A DNA stretch of 64,000 nt from Callorhinchus milii (taxonomy: Eukaryota). Shown one piece after another: positions 1-11,942 of this stretch. The notes under the pieces are model-generated. The model did no database searches and was not told where the DNA came from. It saw only the letters and a program-made list of their open reading frames with translations. Position numbers and translations under genes: made by a program. Location of the stretch: contig NW_024704743.1 in assembly GCF_018977255.1 (NCBI RefSeq), positions 109,990,001 to 110,054,000 on the forward strand, read 5' to 3'. Each line of letters begins with the position of its first letter. The stretch's first letter is position 1.

Positions 1-79
1 GTTTTGAGACATCTCAAAGATGTGATAAGGCGCTATATCAACTGCAAGGATTATTATAATGTGCACATCTTTTACTGAT

Positions 80-940
80 TGCAGAAGATTGCTGACTAGA
101 GCAAAAAATTTATGAAATTGATATAGAGGCGATTCCTTATTTAACAGACAACAAAAGGAGGTTTTTCACAAGGGCTCAATTCAGTACCGAAGAGTCTCAC
201 AAGGCATAGAGACTGCAGCTCAAACGACGTGTATGTAATGTAAAATATAGGAATGAAATTGTTTGGCTGTCTTTATTAGTCAGCAGGGTGTAATGGATAT
301 GAATACCTAATACCAATATATTTCAATCTGCAACAGTTACAGACTATTGCAGATTGCAATTACTCCAAATATAATAATAATTTGGTCATTCAATCCACGA
401 CTTTTTGTGGGACACTGCTGTGCGCAATTGGTTGCCGAGTTTCACCTACAAATTATACGGTCACTACACTTTACAGTATATTCTGTGAAGCGCTTTGAGC
501 ATCTCAATGACATGATAAGGTGCTATAACAAATGTCCACATTGTAAAAATAATATTTTTTGCAGAAGATTTTAGTGACTGCAGAAGATTGCTGACTAGAG
601 CTGAAAGTTTATAAGATGATATAGAGACAATTCTTTATTTATCAGGCAACAAAAGGAGGTTTCTCACAAGGGTTCAATTTAGTACGGAAGAGTCTCACAA
701 GAGCTTAGAGACTGCAGCTCATATGACGTGTATGTAATGTAAAATCTAGGAATTGAATTGTTTGGCTGTCCTTATTAGTTAGCAGGGTGTAATAAACAAC
801 CAAACAACTTGCATTTAAATAGTGCCCTTCATGCAGCTCAGCGTCCCGGAGTGCTTAAAGGATATGAAAACCTAATACCAATGTATTTCAATCTGCAATA
901 GTTACAGACTCCTGCGGATGCACAGGAGTGAACAGATTGA
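80..940. repeat. Tandem duplication, ~500 bp period (unique ~275 bp block plus SINE 3' piece)
   Basis: 80-357 and 579-940 align, sharing tgcagaagattgctgactagag...caacaaaaggaggttt...gaagagtctcacaag...cctaataccaat. SINE 3' sequence lies before, between and after the copies. Confidence 0.9.
365..545 (+). mobile_element. SINE 3' half (same family as 4075-4400)
   Basis: ttggtcattcaatccacgact..gtgggacactgctgtgcgcaattgg...gtgaagcgctttgag...gataaggtgctata. Confidence 0.85.
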
Positions 941-1044
941 AATCCCTCCAAAAATAATAATAAATTGGTCACTCAATCCACGAATGTTTGTGGTACACTG
1001 CTGTTCGCAATTGGCTGCCACTACTGTGCGCAAGAATGCCGTTC

Positions 1045-1480
1045 TTATAGGGTTGAAGCCAAATCTTGAAGTCGATCTGTTCGGTGATGGGGAGCCAGTG
1101 GAGCCTGGCCAGAACTGGTGAGATGTGGGTACGGAGTTTGGTCCGGGTCAGTATACCGCTGGCAGAGTTCTGAATGAGCTGGATTTTTTGAATGGTGGAG
1201 CTGGGGAGACCGGCAAGGAGTGCATTGGAGTAATCCAAGCGTGAGGTGACAAACGCATGCACAAGGGTTTTGGTTGCATTTGGGATAAGGTACGGTCAGA
1301 GGCAGCCAATGTGGGAGGTGGAAGAAGGCGGTCCTGGTCAGGGACCGGAGATGTGGGGGAGGAAGCACAGCTGGGGGTCAAACCGGATGCCTAGATTGCG
1401 CACGGATTCAGTGAGTGTCAGGGAAAGCCCAGGGAGGTTCAGGAGTTCAGATCCGCAGGATTGAAGACGTTGACGGGAGG
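1045..1480 (-). mobile_element. L2-clade LINE fragment (ORF2 C-terminal region, decayed)
   Basis: ORF 969-1262(-): HAFVTSRLDYSNALLAGLP...IQLIQNSA...HISPVLARLHWLPI..IDFKI, the typical L2 ORF2 C-terminus. Confidence 0.9.
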
Positions 1481-1605
1481 AAATAACACATATTAGATTG
1501 TTGCAAAAAAAATATTAATTGCTTCTTTAACAAAAACTGTGTGGCCATTTTTTGGGATGGTGGGACACCATCGAGGCTACAGGAGCTCACCACCTCCTGT
1601 CTCCT

Positions 1606-1730
1606 GACACAGAAACCGAGAGAGATACACACACTCAAAGATACAGAGAGAGACACACACAGAGACCCAAAGAGAGAGAGACACACACATACACACACAC
1701 GAAAAGAAACAGAGAGACACACCCACTCAC
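1606..1730. repeat. Compound (AC)/(AG) low-complexity microsatellite
   Basis: agagagacacacacagagac-type repeats; continues at 2461-2690. Confidence 0.9.
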
Positions 1731-2459
1731 AAACAACAACAACAACAAAATTACATTTGTATTACGCCTTTCACGTTGGGAGGACGTCCCAAGGCGCTGG
1801 ACAGTCAGTGTTTTGAGCCCAAACTAGAGATTGGAATTGGGGAGGGTGGAGGGCAGTGGGGGGAAGCAGGGTGACCAAAAGCACAGTCGGAGAGGAGAGT
1901 CTTGAGATTGGTCTTGAAGGAGGCAAGGGAGGGGCGACATGGAGGGATTGCGGGATGGAGTTCCAGACGGTGGGGGCAGAGTGGCTGAAGGCCGATCCAC
2001 CAATGGTGGGGCGGACAAAGCGGGGGACATAAAGCAGGCTGGAGCCCGCTGAGCAGCGGGAGCAGGCAGGATGGTAGGGGTTTAGGAGGTTGCAGAGGTA
2101 GGGCCATGGAGGGCTTTGAAAGTGAGGACCAGGATATTCAACTGTATCCTCTGAGTGATGGGAAGCCAGTGGAGTCAGGCGAGGATGGGGTGGATAGGGT
2201 GATGGAGTCTGGTGCAGGAGAGGACATGGGCTGCAGAATTCTGGATGATCTGCAGCCTATGGAGGGAGGAGTTGGGGAGGCCGACAAGTAGGGAGTTTGC
2301 ATAGTCAAGACTGGATGTTATGAATGCATGTTTGAGGGTCTCAGCGACCTGTGGTGTGAGACAGTGGTGGAGCCGGGCGATGTTACGGAGGTGGGGGAAG
2401 GCAGAGCGGGTCATGGCACATATGTCGGGTAGAAAGGATAGTTGATGGTCAAACAAGAT
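1731..2459 (-). mobile_element. L2-clade LINE 3' fragment with (GTT)n tail
   Basis: Translation LFDHQLSFLPDI..HLRNIARL..AETLKHAFITSSLDYANSLLVGLP; 3' stem-loop and (AAC)n on + strand at 1731-1800. Confidence 0.92.
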
Positions 2460-2460
2460 G

Positions 2461-2690
2461 ACGGACAGACACACACAGAGAGGGCTATACAGAGAAACAC
2501 ACACACATACAGAGAGAGACACAGAGAGACACATTCTCAGAGGGAGAGACACGCACACACTCATAGACACAAAGAGACATACGCACACAGACAGAGAGAC
2601 ACACATTCACACAGAGACAATCATAAACACACACATATAGAACAGACATAGACACACACACATAGAGACTCACACAGACACTCACAACAG
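2461..2690. repeat. Compound (AC)/(AG) microsatellite
   Basis: Direct inspection. Confidence 0.9.
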
Positions 2691-2923
2691 CGGGGCCTCC
2701 GAGTGTAGCCCATTTGCGCCACACTGGTTTGTAGTGGACGGTGGGGTGTTGCAGCGGAAAATGCGGGAAAAGGAGCAGCCGCACTTTTCTATTGGCCCAG
2801 GTCATTAGGTCACCACCAATAGCAAATGCAAAGTAGAATGACATCGACATCGACTGAAAAATCGGCCATTTTAGCTCCTCCTCTCCCCCCCGCACCACCA
2901 CCACACACACACACACACAATAA

Positions 2924-3405
2924 GCCTTTGGACTTTGAGCTCAGAGTCTAGGCTGACACACCAATATACTGCCTTATTAAGTCATTGAGAAGTCTCTAAC
3001 AGCTTCACAGAATACTGTAAGTGCACTGACTATATCTTGTGGACGAAACGCAGTAGCAAATTGCGCACAGGAGTGTCCCACAAACAGTCGTTGATTGAGC
3101 ACTGCATTGGCAGAGTTGTTGTCCTTCAGTTAAGATATTAAACCGACGTCTCCATTGCCTGTTCAGGTGACTGTTAAAGATCCCATGACATTATTTGAAA
3201 GGAATAATGAGTTTCTCCTGGTGTCCTGCCTGGCCAACAATACCCCCAGATAAAATTGTCCAATCACTTCATGACTGTTTGAGCAATATTGCTGTGAGCA
3301 AATCAAATTGGCTGCTGTGCTTACCTACAGAATACAAGGTCACTACACTTGACGGCAAAATTCTGCAAGATGATTTGAGACATTTCAATGTCTTGATGAG
3401 GCATT
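2924..3405 (+). mobile_element. Deu-domain-type SINE (AmnSINE1/SacSINE1-like), interrupted by an inverted SINE piece at ~2980-3098
   Basis: ctgttcaggtgactgttaaagatcccatgacattatttgaaagg..ggtgtcctgcctggccaac resembles the Deu core (AAAGATCCCATGGCACT...GGTGTCCTGGCCAA) as remembered. Confidence 0.75.
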
Positions 3406-3407
3406 AC

Positions 3408-3753
3408 ATCAACAACAACAACAACAAGATTACATTTGTATAGAGCCTTTCACGTCGTAATGACGTCCCAAGGCACTGGACAGTGTACAGCATTTCAGAC
3501 CCAAGCTGGGGTCGGGGGGGGGAGAAGGGAAGGGGGGGTAACTGATGGCATAGTTGAAGAGGAGGATTTTGAGGCGGGACTTGAAGGAGGCTCAGGAGGG
3601 CTCGAGGCGGAGTGATTGGGGGATGGAATTCCAGAGGTTGGGGGCAGAGTGGCTGAAGGCTCTCCCGTGAATCGTGGGGCGGGTGTGTTGGGGAACATGG
3701 AGCAGGCCGGAGCTGGCTGAGCGGAGGGAGCGGGTGGGTTGGTAGGGAGTTGA
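3408..3753 (-). mobile_element. L2-clade LINE 3' end
   Basis: (AAC)n tail, tacatttgtatagagcctttcacg, and gggatggaattccagagg (LWNSIP on - strand). Confidence 0.88.
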
Positions 3754-4074
3754 TCATTCACTTTATGCCTGGTTTGTGGAACCTGATAACTGTGTAAATG
3801 TTCTCCTACATAAAAAGCAATATTTGCTCAGTACTGCAGTGAAGTGTTATTCCATTACTGCAGTGGAGTATCAGCTCAGACAATGAGCTCAAGCCTTGAT
3901 GGGGGTGGGGGGAAATCTAAAAATGGTTTCAACGCTCATTGCTCAAATCCAGCAGTCAGAATGCTAGCAATTGAGCCAAGTGGACACCCAAATAAACTTT
4001 TAGAGATAATAATAATAATAATCCTTGCATTTGATATAGCGCCTTATCATGTCTTTGAGATGTCTTTGAGATGT

Positions 4075-4400
4075 GGAGTCCTGTAGCTCAGTGGTTAGAG
4101 CACTCGCTTTGCAAGCGAGAGACCTGAGTTCAATTCCAGGCAGAGGGCGAAACCTTGGGCAAGTTTCCTTACTCCACACGCCTAATAATAATCCCTCCAA
4201 AAAACCCAAAACAATAATAAATTGGTCATTTTCAATCTACGACTGTTTGTGGGACATTGCTGTGCGCAATTGGCTGCCGCGTTCACCCACAAATATACAG
4301 TCAATTCACTTTACAGTGTGTTCTGTGAACTGCTTTAGGACATCCTCCAGACGTGAAAAGCGCTATATCAAATGCAAGGATTATTATTATTATTATTATT
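4075..4400 (+). mobile_element. Full-length tRNA-Ala-derived SINE, short variant (SINE2-1_CM-like), inserted in an older inverted copy (4005-4074 / 4401-4465)
   Basis: A box TAGCTCAGTGG, arm CTCGC-TTTGCAA-GCGAG (anticodon TGC), B box GAGTTCAATTCC, L2-like tail + (ATT)n; atgt on both flanks. Confidence 0.93.
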
Positions 4401-5755
4401 ATGTCTCAAAGAGCTTCACAGAATATACTGTAAAGTGAATTGACTCTATATTTTGTGGGCGAACGTGCACAAAATGGCAGGAAATGAAATAGAGCTGACC
4501 ATTGTGTGCACTGTTCACTGCCATCCAACGTGTCGTTGATGCGTCGTTTCGATCTGTTTCTAAAAATAATGGTACTATTTTTTCATCATTCCTCTCTTAT
4601 GTGAGAGAGAGAGAGAGCAAGATTGACACCTGACAGAGCCCAATATGGATGTACACATGGGAGTTGGCTTTACTTTCCACTTCATTGAACAATTCCCAGG
4701 AGTGAAGCAGCGTTTACAGGGAGAGTTCAAGAACTCTGATTTTATTGCTGCTTTCTTTACATTGAGATACGTCAGCCCAGATGAGGAATAAGTACAGAAA
4801 CCTTGCAAATTAGACCCAGCAGCACAGTGCACATCATGAGCAGAATGGCTTTGGGCTGAGAAAAAATCCCCAGGGCTCCCTGTCTCGCCTCAATTGGGTC
4901 TAGTCAGTCCCCAGACATTAGTTTAACTGGCAGTTTGGAAAGATGGGTCTAACTGTGCTGCAGCTCGGCAGCACCTGAAGAGAAGCCTTGTCTGCATTGC
5001 CTCATCCTCCAGACTGGACAAGTAGAAATCTTAAACCTCTGTTTAAGCTGCTGTTCTTTTAAAGAAGCATGGGAAATGGCTTCCAAATTAAAATGTAATA
5101 TTCCACGATTTCCAGTCTCATATTTCAAGACAAGTGGTCTGACAGGCTGGGACCATGAGAGATATTGGGGTTTTAACTCCTCCGTGCTTTGAGCTCTTCT
5201 TGGTCCCGTGGTCTGGAGTCCCAGGGAAGAGTAATGCATGTGGTTGGGTACATACCTCAATGTGGCTGTCATCCTGGCTGATTGGAACTCTTGTACATGG
5301 TGCAAGCTCCCCTTAGGGAGAAATGGAAGTGATCAACTTAACAAGGCCGCAAAGCCATTCCTCTTGTATATGTCTACTTCAGTATTCTTCTCCTGCTTGC
5401 CTCCTCCACTGGGCAAGCTTGGGCTTCCCTTTGCCTTTCCTCAGTCTTTTTTGGTCTTCAAAAGTCTCTTGATAACCTACCTCTTCTATTGTGCCTGTGG
5501 GTATTTGCCTTTCTCACATTCACATTCCCCCATTCTCATCCTCCCTGCTTGATGTCCGGTACAATTTCTGTAATAATAAAAATCATTGCATTTGATGTAG
5601 TGCTTTAGTGCATCATTGAAGTCTCAAAGCACTTCACAGGATTGTTGTGTGAAGTGTAAATGATTGTGTACTTATAGTGCTTCTTCCAATGCTCTTAACA
5701 TGGAACGCTTTGTTCCACAAAGCTGTAGAGAGGCGTATTCAGTAGGGATGTTTAA

Positions 5756-7345
5756 AACAGCTTGCATTTATATAGCACCTTTCACGCCGGACAGCTCGGA
5801 GCGCTTAATAGTGGCGGAGCCCGATACTCAGCTAGTGTTAGTGGAAGGATGACCGTAGACCCAGTCAAAGAGGTGGGTCTTCAAGCACGACCTGAAAATG
5901 GGGAGGTAGGGGGCAAGGTGAAGCGATTGAGAGAGAGAGTTCCACAGCTTCAGGGCATAGTGGCTGATACCACGGCTACCGATAGTGGGACAGAGGGTTC
6001 GGGGGACAAGTGGAGGCCAGAGCCAGTCGAGCAGAGGCAGCGGGAAGTGGTATAGGGAGAAATAGTGGAGTGTCAGGACGTTTAAGTACATGAGTGAAGA
6101 TCTTGAAATCGATCCGCTCTGTGACAGAAGCCAATGGAGTTTGACAAGGAGTGAAGTAATGGAAGTAATTACTGAAGTAATTACTGGGGTAATGGAGGTA
6201 CGGAGTTCAGTGCAGGTGAGAATACAAGTGGCTGAGTTTTAAATTAGTTGAATTTTGTGAACAGTGGAGCAGGGGGGACAAGCAAGGAGGGCGTTTGAGT
6301 AGTCAAGGCAGGAGGTGACGAGACACAGATGAGGCTTTCAGCAGCTTTTGAAGTAATGTACGGAGGGAGACGGGCAATGTGGTGGAGGTGGAGGAAAGCG
6401 GTCCCGGCCAGAGCAATGTGGCAGAAGTGGAGGTCCTGATCAGGGACTGGGTGTGGGGTGTGAAGGATAGCTGCAGAGTGAACCTGACCCTAAATTGCAC
6501 ATGGGTTTGCTGAGTCTTAGGGAGAGATCGGAGAGGGTGAGGAGTTCAGACCTTAGGGAGAGATCGGGGAGAGTGAGGCGGTCTGAACCGCAGGAGAGAA
6601 GATGTTGACGAGAGCTGAAGAGTATGGTTTCCACCTTGTTAACATTCAGCTGCAGGAAGTTTGCTCTCATCCAGGCCTAGATATCTGTCAGACAAGCATC
6701 AATGGACTGACAGAACATCATTGGATTGGAAGTCGCAGCTAGAGGAAGAGAAGTAGATTTGTGTTTCATCTGCATACATGTGGCAGTTTAATCCAATGCT
6801 GCGGATGACATCACTGAGAGGGAGCACGTAGATGAGAAAAAGACGGGGGCCAAGGAACGAGAGGAAAAACTATTGGCCTAGATGAAGTGCTGGTGGTTCG
6901 TTAAGTAGGACTCAAAGCATGCGAGTGCAGTCCCACTGAAGTGGATGAGGGAAGAGAGGCGGTGGAGGAGGATGGTGTGGTTGACTGTGATCAATGCAGC
7001 AGAAAGGTCCAGGAGGACGAGGAGGCAGAGAGATCCCTGGTCACAGAGAGAGAGGATCTCATTTGTTATTTTGATGAGCACTGTGTCTGTGCTGAAGGCT
7101 GGGCAGAACCCAGACTGGAGGATTTTGAGTAGGGAGTGGAGGGCAAGGTGTGAATGAAGTTGGTTGGCAACAACGCATTCCAGGGCTTTGGCCAGGAAGG
7201 TTTGAAATGGGATGGTAGTGCGCGAGTTGAAGGGATCGAGAGAATTTTTTTTAAGAAGAGTGATGATAGCTGTTTTGAAGGGAAGTGGGACTGAGCCTGA
7301 GGAGAGGGACTGCCAGCAATGGGCAAAGGAGGGGGAGTTGAGCAA
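5756..7345 (-). mobile_element. L2-clade LINE, 5'-truncated, with decayed RT domain
   Basis: ORF 6878-7555: FKTAII..LQSGF..STDTVLIKITNEIL..LLVLLDLSAA..HTILLHRL; catctgcatacat (MYAD on - strand) at ~6768-6780; ANFLQLNVNKVETILF; 3' tail at 5756. Confidence 0.95.
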
Positions 7346-7984
7346 TGGTGGTAGTGATATTAAAGGGTATGCTGCTGAATGGCCTATTTTTCCTCTGTGA
7401 TTCAATCCATTCTTCCACCCCTTTTGCCTAGCATTCTCCCTGACCATAACTGCCCAGCCTTGCCTCGAGCAACCAGCTTGAGAGCAGCATCGACTGAAGT
7501 TAGAAATCAGGTTTAATTGCCATGAGGGAGCATCTTTTTCCATACAATCAGCCATGCAGCAGCAGGTGGCCTGGAAGACCCAAAGTGCGCAAAAAAAATC
7601 AATTCAAAGCAGAGAGAAAGTATAAATGATTAACTGCTCTTGCTTCTCAATTCTAAATTAGTTTCTTGCATCGTTATTATTTCTCTACCCTCCAAAAACA
7701 TACACACAAAAGGATTAATTTCAATTTCATACAGTGGATTCAAGAAATATTTTTCTTTCTAATTGACTCCTCAGAACAACCACATTTCCATTTATACAGT
7801 GCCTTTCATATTGGGAGGATGTCTCAAAGCACAGCACACAGCTAACTAGGAGCCGGAGCTTGTATGTATGCTACGGAGGATTGAAGGGGGGAATGGGTGG
7901 TTGAAAAAAATCATTTGTCTTGATAAACCCATTAAAATGTCTGTACATAGCTGCAACTAAATTACCCTGTTTTTGACTAATGCC

Positions 7985-8638
7985 CATCACGTTGGGAGGA
8001 CGTCTCAAAGTGCTTTACTGTAAAGTGTAGGGGTCAATTTAACACATCAATGTTCTGCAAACAGCCATAGAGTAACCAATTTTATTTGAATAGGCAGACA
8101 ATTTATCGTCTCATCCGAAGAACAGCAAACCCGCAATTGGAATGTAAGCCTAGACGTGTGAGTTGAAAATATCGACTTAATACCATAATAATAATCCTTG
8201 TATTTGATATAGCACCTTATCACATCTTTAAGACGTCTCAAAGCGCTTCACAGAATATACTATAAAGTGAATTCACTGTATATTTTGTGGGCAAAAAGCA
8301 GTAGCCAATTGAGCACAGAAGTGTCTCACAAAGAGTGGTAGATTGAGTGACCAATTTATTCTTTTTGTTAAAAATGTTTTTGAAGGGATTATTACCCTGG
8401 AAAAATTATCCGCCAATCGACTAACAATCGGGTTCCTACTTACTGCTATGTAAACAGAGGTGTGTGAAGTAAGGAAACTTGCTCAACATTTTGCCCTGCC
8501 TGGGAATCAAACCCAGGTCCTCTCGCTTGAGAGGCGAGTGCTCTAACCACTAAGCTACAGGACTCCACTTGGGGTTCGAACCCACATCCTTGTAATTTAA
8601 AGGCAAGAGTGCACTAACGACTGAGCCAAGCTGACACC
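7985..8638 (-). mobile_element. Deu-type SINE split by a younger SINE
   Basis: tRNA-like head at 8568-8638 (ggttcgaaccc...actgagccaagctgacacc); body at ~7985-8180 (cgtctcatccgaaga). Confidence 0.65.
8185..8567 (-). mobile_element. Full-length tRNA-Ala SINE, long variant
   Basis: Ends gctacaggactcc; carries the internal ggttcctacttactgcta segment; tail aataatccttgtatttgatatagc. Confidence 0.92.
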
Positions 8639-9083
8639 TAAGAGTGTAAATGGGGCATGAGGGAAGTACAAACAGGAAACTCAGGCACTGCATGGGTGAG
8701 ATGGAACTTACCAAGAGGTCTCTCCTGCTCAATGACACCTGAATAAACCTTTTCACAGTGCAAAAGATCCTCTTTGAAAGCTTTGAAGCCAACCAATGAG
8801 ATCACCTCCCCCACCGCCTTGGTTGGGCATCCTCCCTTACTACAGGGCACAGCCACCAGACTGAGAGAGGCAATGGCAGAGGTCAGGTAACTCGCCCACA
8901 CCATCAGGCATGTGCAACACTGGTGACCTGGGAGAACCAAAGTGCAGACTCAAAAAAAACAAAAGAAAAAAACCCAATTCAAAGCAGAGAGAAAGTCTAA
9001 ATGATTAATTGCTATTGCTTCTCAATTCTAAATTAGCATTCTGTGTCATTGTTTCCCCCCGCCCCCTTCACAAGGTTTAATTT

Positions 9084-9457
9084 GAGTCTTCCAGCTTAGT
9101 GGTTAGAGCACTCGCCACCAAGTGAGAGCCCTGGGTTCAATTCCTGGCAGGGTGAAATGTTGGGCATGTTTCCTTACTCCACACACCTCTGTTTACCTAG
9201 CAGTAAGTAGGAACCCAGTCGTTAGTCAATTCTGGATCGCTTTTCCGGGGGTATTAATTCCCTCAAAAAAATAATAATAATATGAATTTGGTCACTCAAT
9301 CCACTACTGTTTGTGAGACACTGCTGTGCGCAATTGACTGCTGCATTTCTCTCACAAAATATACAGTCAATTCACTTTATAGCATATTCTGCGAAGCGCT
9401 TTGAGACATCTTGGAAACATGATAAGGCACTATATCAAATGCAAGGATTATTATTAC
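9084..9457 (+). mobile_element. Full-length tRNA-Ala SINE, long variant, TSD TAATTT
   Basis: Head, internal segment and tail all present; taattt at 9078-9083 and 9458-9463. Confidence 0.92.
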
Positions 9458-9734
9458 TAATTTCAATTTAATATGGTAGACAGAAGTTCGAAGAATATTT
9501 GTTTTTCTCTCTCTCTCTTCAAACTCCTTCTCGGAACAACATCATCTGTATTGATGACATCTTTAGTGTCTGAACCTACAAACGGAATAGAAAGAACAGT
9601 GTGAGTAATAATTGTCATGTCAAGGGGCATTCTGCTCCCTGAGCTGATCGTAGATGTTTAATTGCCACGAGGGAACATCTTTTTCTTCCCCCCCACCATG
9701 TGTTTAGCCAGCCATGTGTATGATACGTACACAC

Positions 9735-10150
9735 CCATCACCATGCTTAACTGTATTAAACCAGACTGAAAGTTCCACATGTGTATGCCACCTCTACATA
9801 GAAATTTCTCTGTGTCTGGGATGGAATGTACACTTTCTCCCTGGAGGGACGCACCCTGCTTACCTAATTCTGGAGAATATTAGACCAGGTTGCCAAGAGC
9901 CAAGTTGCCAAGGAGGGGAACCCAGAGTGTGCAATGGGGTACTGCCAACTTTAACCAATTAAAACTGCATAGCTTGCCGTTTGAAAGCACTGTCTGGCAA
10001 GCTTCCTGGTGCTTGTCCAGCTAGGATCACCCTACCTGGTAGGATGTTGTTTAACAGGAGCTGAAGAATCTCTGCACCCACTGACTGGTCTGCCCCTCCA
10101 AGTCCTGCTGATGAGCCAGGCTGGCTGGTCTGCCATCAGCAGTGATGACC
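9735..10150 (-). repeat. Unclassified interspersed repeat family X, copy 1
   Basis: Reverse complement aligns along 46100-46510. Confidence 0.8.
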
Positions 10151-10584
10151 CTGACCTCCCCCATTCAAATGATTGTGTCCAAAGCCACACCCTGAGATTA
10201 TTGAAACCACTGGCAGCCTTGAAAATGTGAATCCAACCCACTTCAGTGCAAGTGTGGGAGTTGTCTTGAGACTGGGGATAACTAGTTCAACTTTTAATGT
10301 TACTAATCATCACATCAAGTACTGTAATTGTGAGCCCTATTTCCTATGTATAACCCATGTTGGCAGTTTACACATTCTTCCCATCTGAGGACTGTGATAC
10401 ACAAGTTCACAACCCTCCTGTGACCTCGAAAATCCTAATGTAAAATCCACACATGGAGTTCCGTTGCCACGGCTACACTGTATAAGGAACCGTTTGACGT
10501 TCCCATGGCAAAAAAAAATCCCTGAAGGCTGCTGAAATTATTCGGCAATGCAGCATGTTATTGTAGGTCAATGATTCCAACATC

Positions 10585-10800
10585 AATTTGTACCTAAATA
10601 GCGTAGGAGAGTGTCTTGAAACGCTTGACAGAGATGTGGTGGGAGACTGAGCTGTGTGAGATTTGGGAGGGTGGGTGAGAAGGTAAGTAGGAGGGAGGTG
10701 GTCAAAAGCACAGTCAAAACTAGAGATTGTTATTGGTTTGGGAGTGAGACGCAGGGGTTTCAGATGAGGGTTTCAGGTACTGGGAACGAAATGGCTGAAA
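10585..10800 (-). mobile_element. Degenerate L2 3' fragment
   Basis: ggtggtcaaaagcacagtcaaa..gagggtttcagg..aaatggctgaaa matches other L2 3' ends in the window. Confidence 0.6.
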
Positions 10801-11189
10801 TGAGGGGAAAGCGCCATTAAATGGTGAAAAATCTCTTTCTTGAGTGTAATTTAGAAGAGTCACGAATAGATTTGTAATCAGCTGGTACCCAGATGAGTCA
10901 TAAATACACAGCAGCCACTGGCAGAAAGATAATCCATGTCCTAATATTCTTTTGTGTGAAAAAACTAATCTAACTTTCCCTTTAATTTTGCCAGTAACGA
11001 TCCTGAGTTTACGTTCCCTTCTTACGCATTCACCAAACACTGGGAATGATCTTTTGCTATTTAGACAGTGCAATACATATTTACATTTCTGTGGTGCGTT
11101 TCACTTTGGGTGGACATCCCAAGGCATTTAACAAACCCAGTTTGATACTCAAGCTGGGCGTGGTATTCTCTCAAATCGTTCAGATGGTG

Positions 11190-11870
11190 AGGATATTTAT
11201 CATGTTCCAATCTTGACCTTTCTTTCAGTGGAAGAAGCCCGACTTCCAAATTCCCTTCCCAGTCACTCCCCGTTTTGACTTGTACACATATACTACCTTC
11301 TCAATAGATGGAAGGTGAATCCTGATCCTGCCAGTGTTGCCCAGATCGAGATGAGAAAACATTTTTTCCAGCTCATCCTCAATATATAATTTGCCCTTTG
11401 TGTAGCAAAAACTTCTCAGTCTCCCTTCATCTTTTCTAATGATGTTCCTGACATTATGCCCCTTGTTATCCATTCACCAGCAGAAATAAGCTTTCAAGGA
11501 GTCCTGTAGCTCAGTGGTTAGAGCACTCGCTTTGCAAGCGAGAGACCTGAGTTCATTTCCAGGCAGGGCGAAATCTTGGGCAAGTTTCCTTACTCCACGT
11601 GCCTAATAATAATCCCTACAAAACCAAAAACAATAATAAATTGGTCATTTTCAATTTACGACTGTTTGTGGGACATTGCTGTGCGCAATTGGCTGCCACG
11701 TTCACCCACAAATATACAGTCAATTCACTTTACAGTGTGTTCTGTGAAGCGCTTTGGGATGTCCTCCTGACATGAAAAGCGCTATATCAAATGCAAGGAT
11801 TATTATTATTATTATTATTATTACTATGTACTTACTCAAAACTGCCGCACATTTTGAAGCCCTCTATTAC
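11190..11870 (-). mobile_element. CR1-clade LINE 3' fragment interrupted by a SINE
   Basis: ORF DNKGHNVRNIIRKDEGRLRSF resembles CR1 TRGH..K..FF; resumes at ~11825-11870 (IEGFKM on - strand). Confidence 0.65.
11498..11823 (+). mobile_element. Full-length tRNA-Ala SINE, short variant
   Basis: Near-identical to 4075-4400. Confidence 0.93.
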
Positions 11871-11942
11871 ATTTTTCATTCCCCCCAATTCTTTCTGCTC
11901 ATTGTATGAATAAAAATAATAAATAATTATGACAATAATAGA

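Noticed and set aside
130..740. Duplicated coding exon within the tandem block
   Set aside because: A 1 nt indel between copies (aaggcatag vs aagagcttag) and stop codons; no recognisable protein.
1447..2916. Cys/Val/Ser- or Thr/His/Arg-rich ORFs
   Set aside because: Translations of AC/AG microsatellites.
4075..4145. tRNA-Ala(TGC) gene
   Set aside because: No proper acceptor stem or terminator; it runs into a SINE body found many times in the window.
4073..4438. Recurring peptides DCLWDIAVRNWL / IKCKDYYYY as a gene family
   Set aside because: Chance frames through SINE copies.
6512..6580. ~36 bp tandem repeat
   Set aside because: Ordinary slippage duplication inside a dead L2.
6878..7555. 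225 aa ORF as a host gene or active RT
   Set aside because: Frameshifted L2 RT fragment fused by chance to flanking sequence; no endonuclease domain or ORF1.
8712..8738. 27 nt minus-strand microexon
   Set aside because: Good donor but poor polypyrimidine tract and no supporting neighbours.
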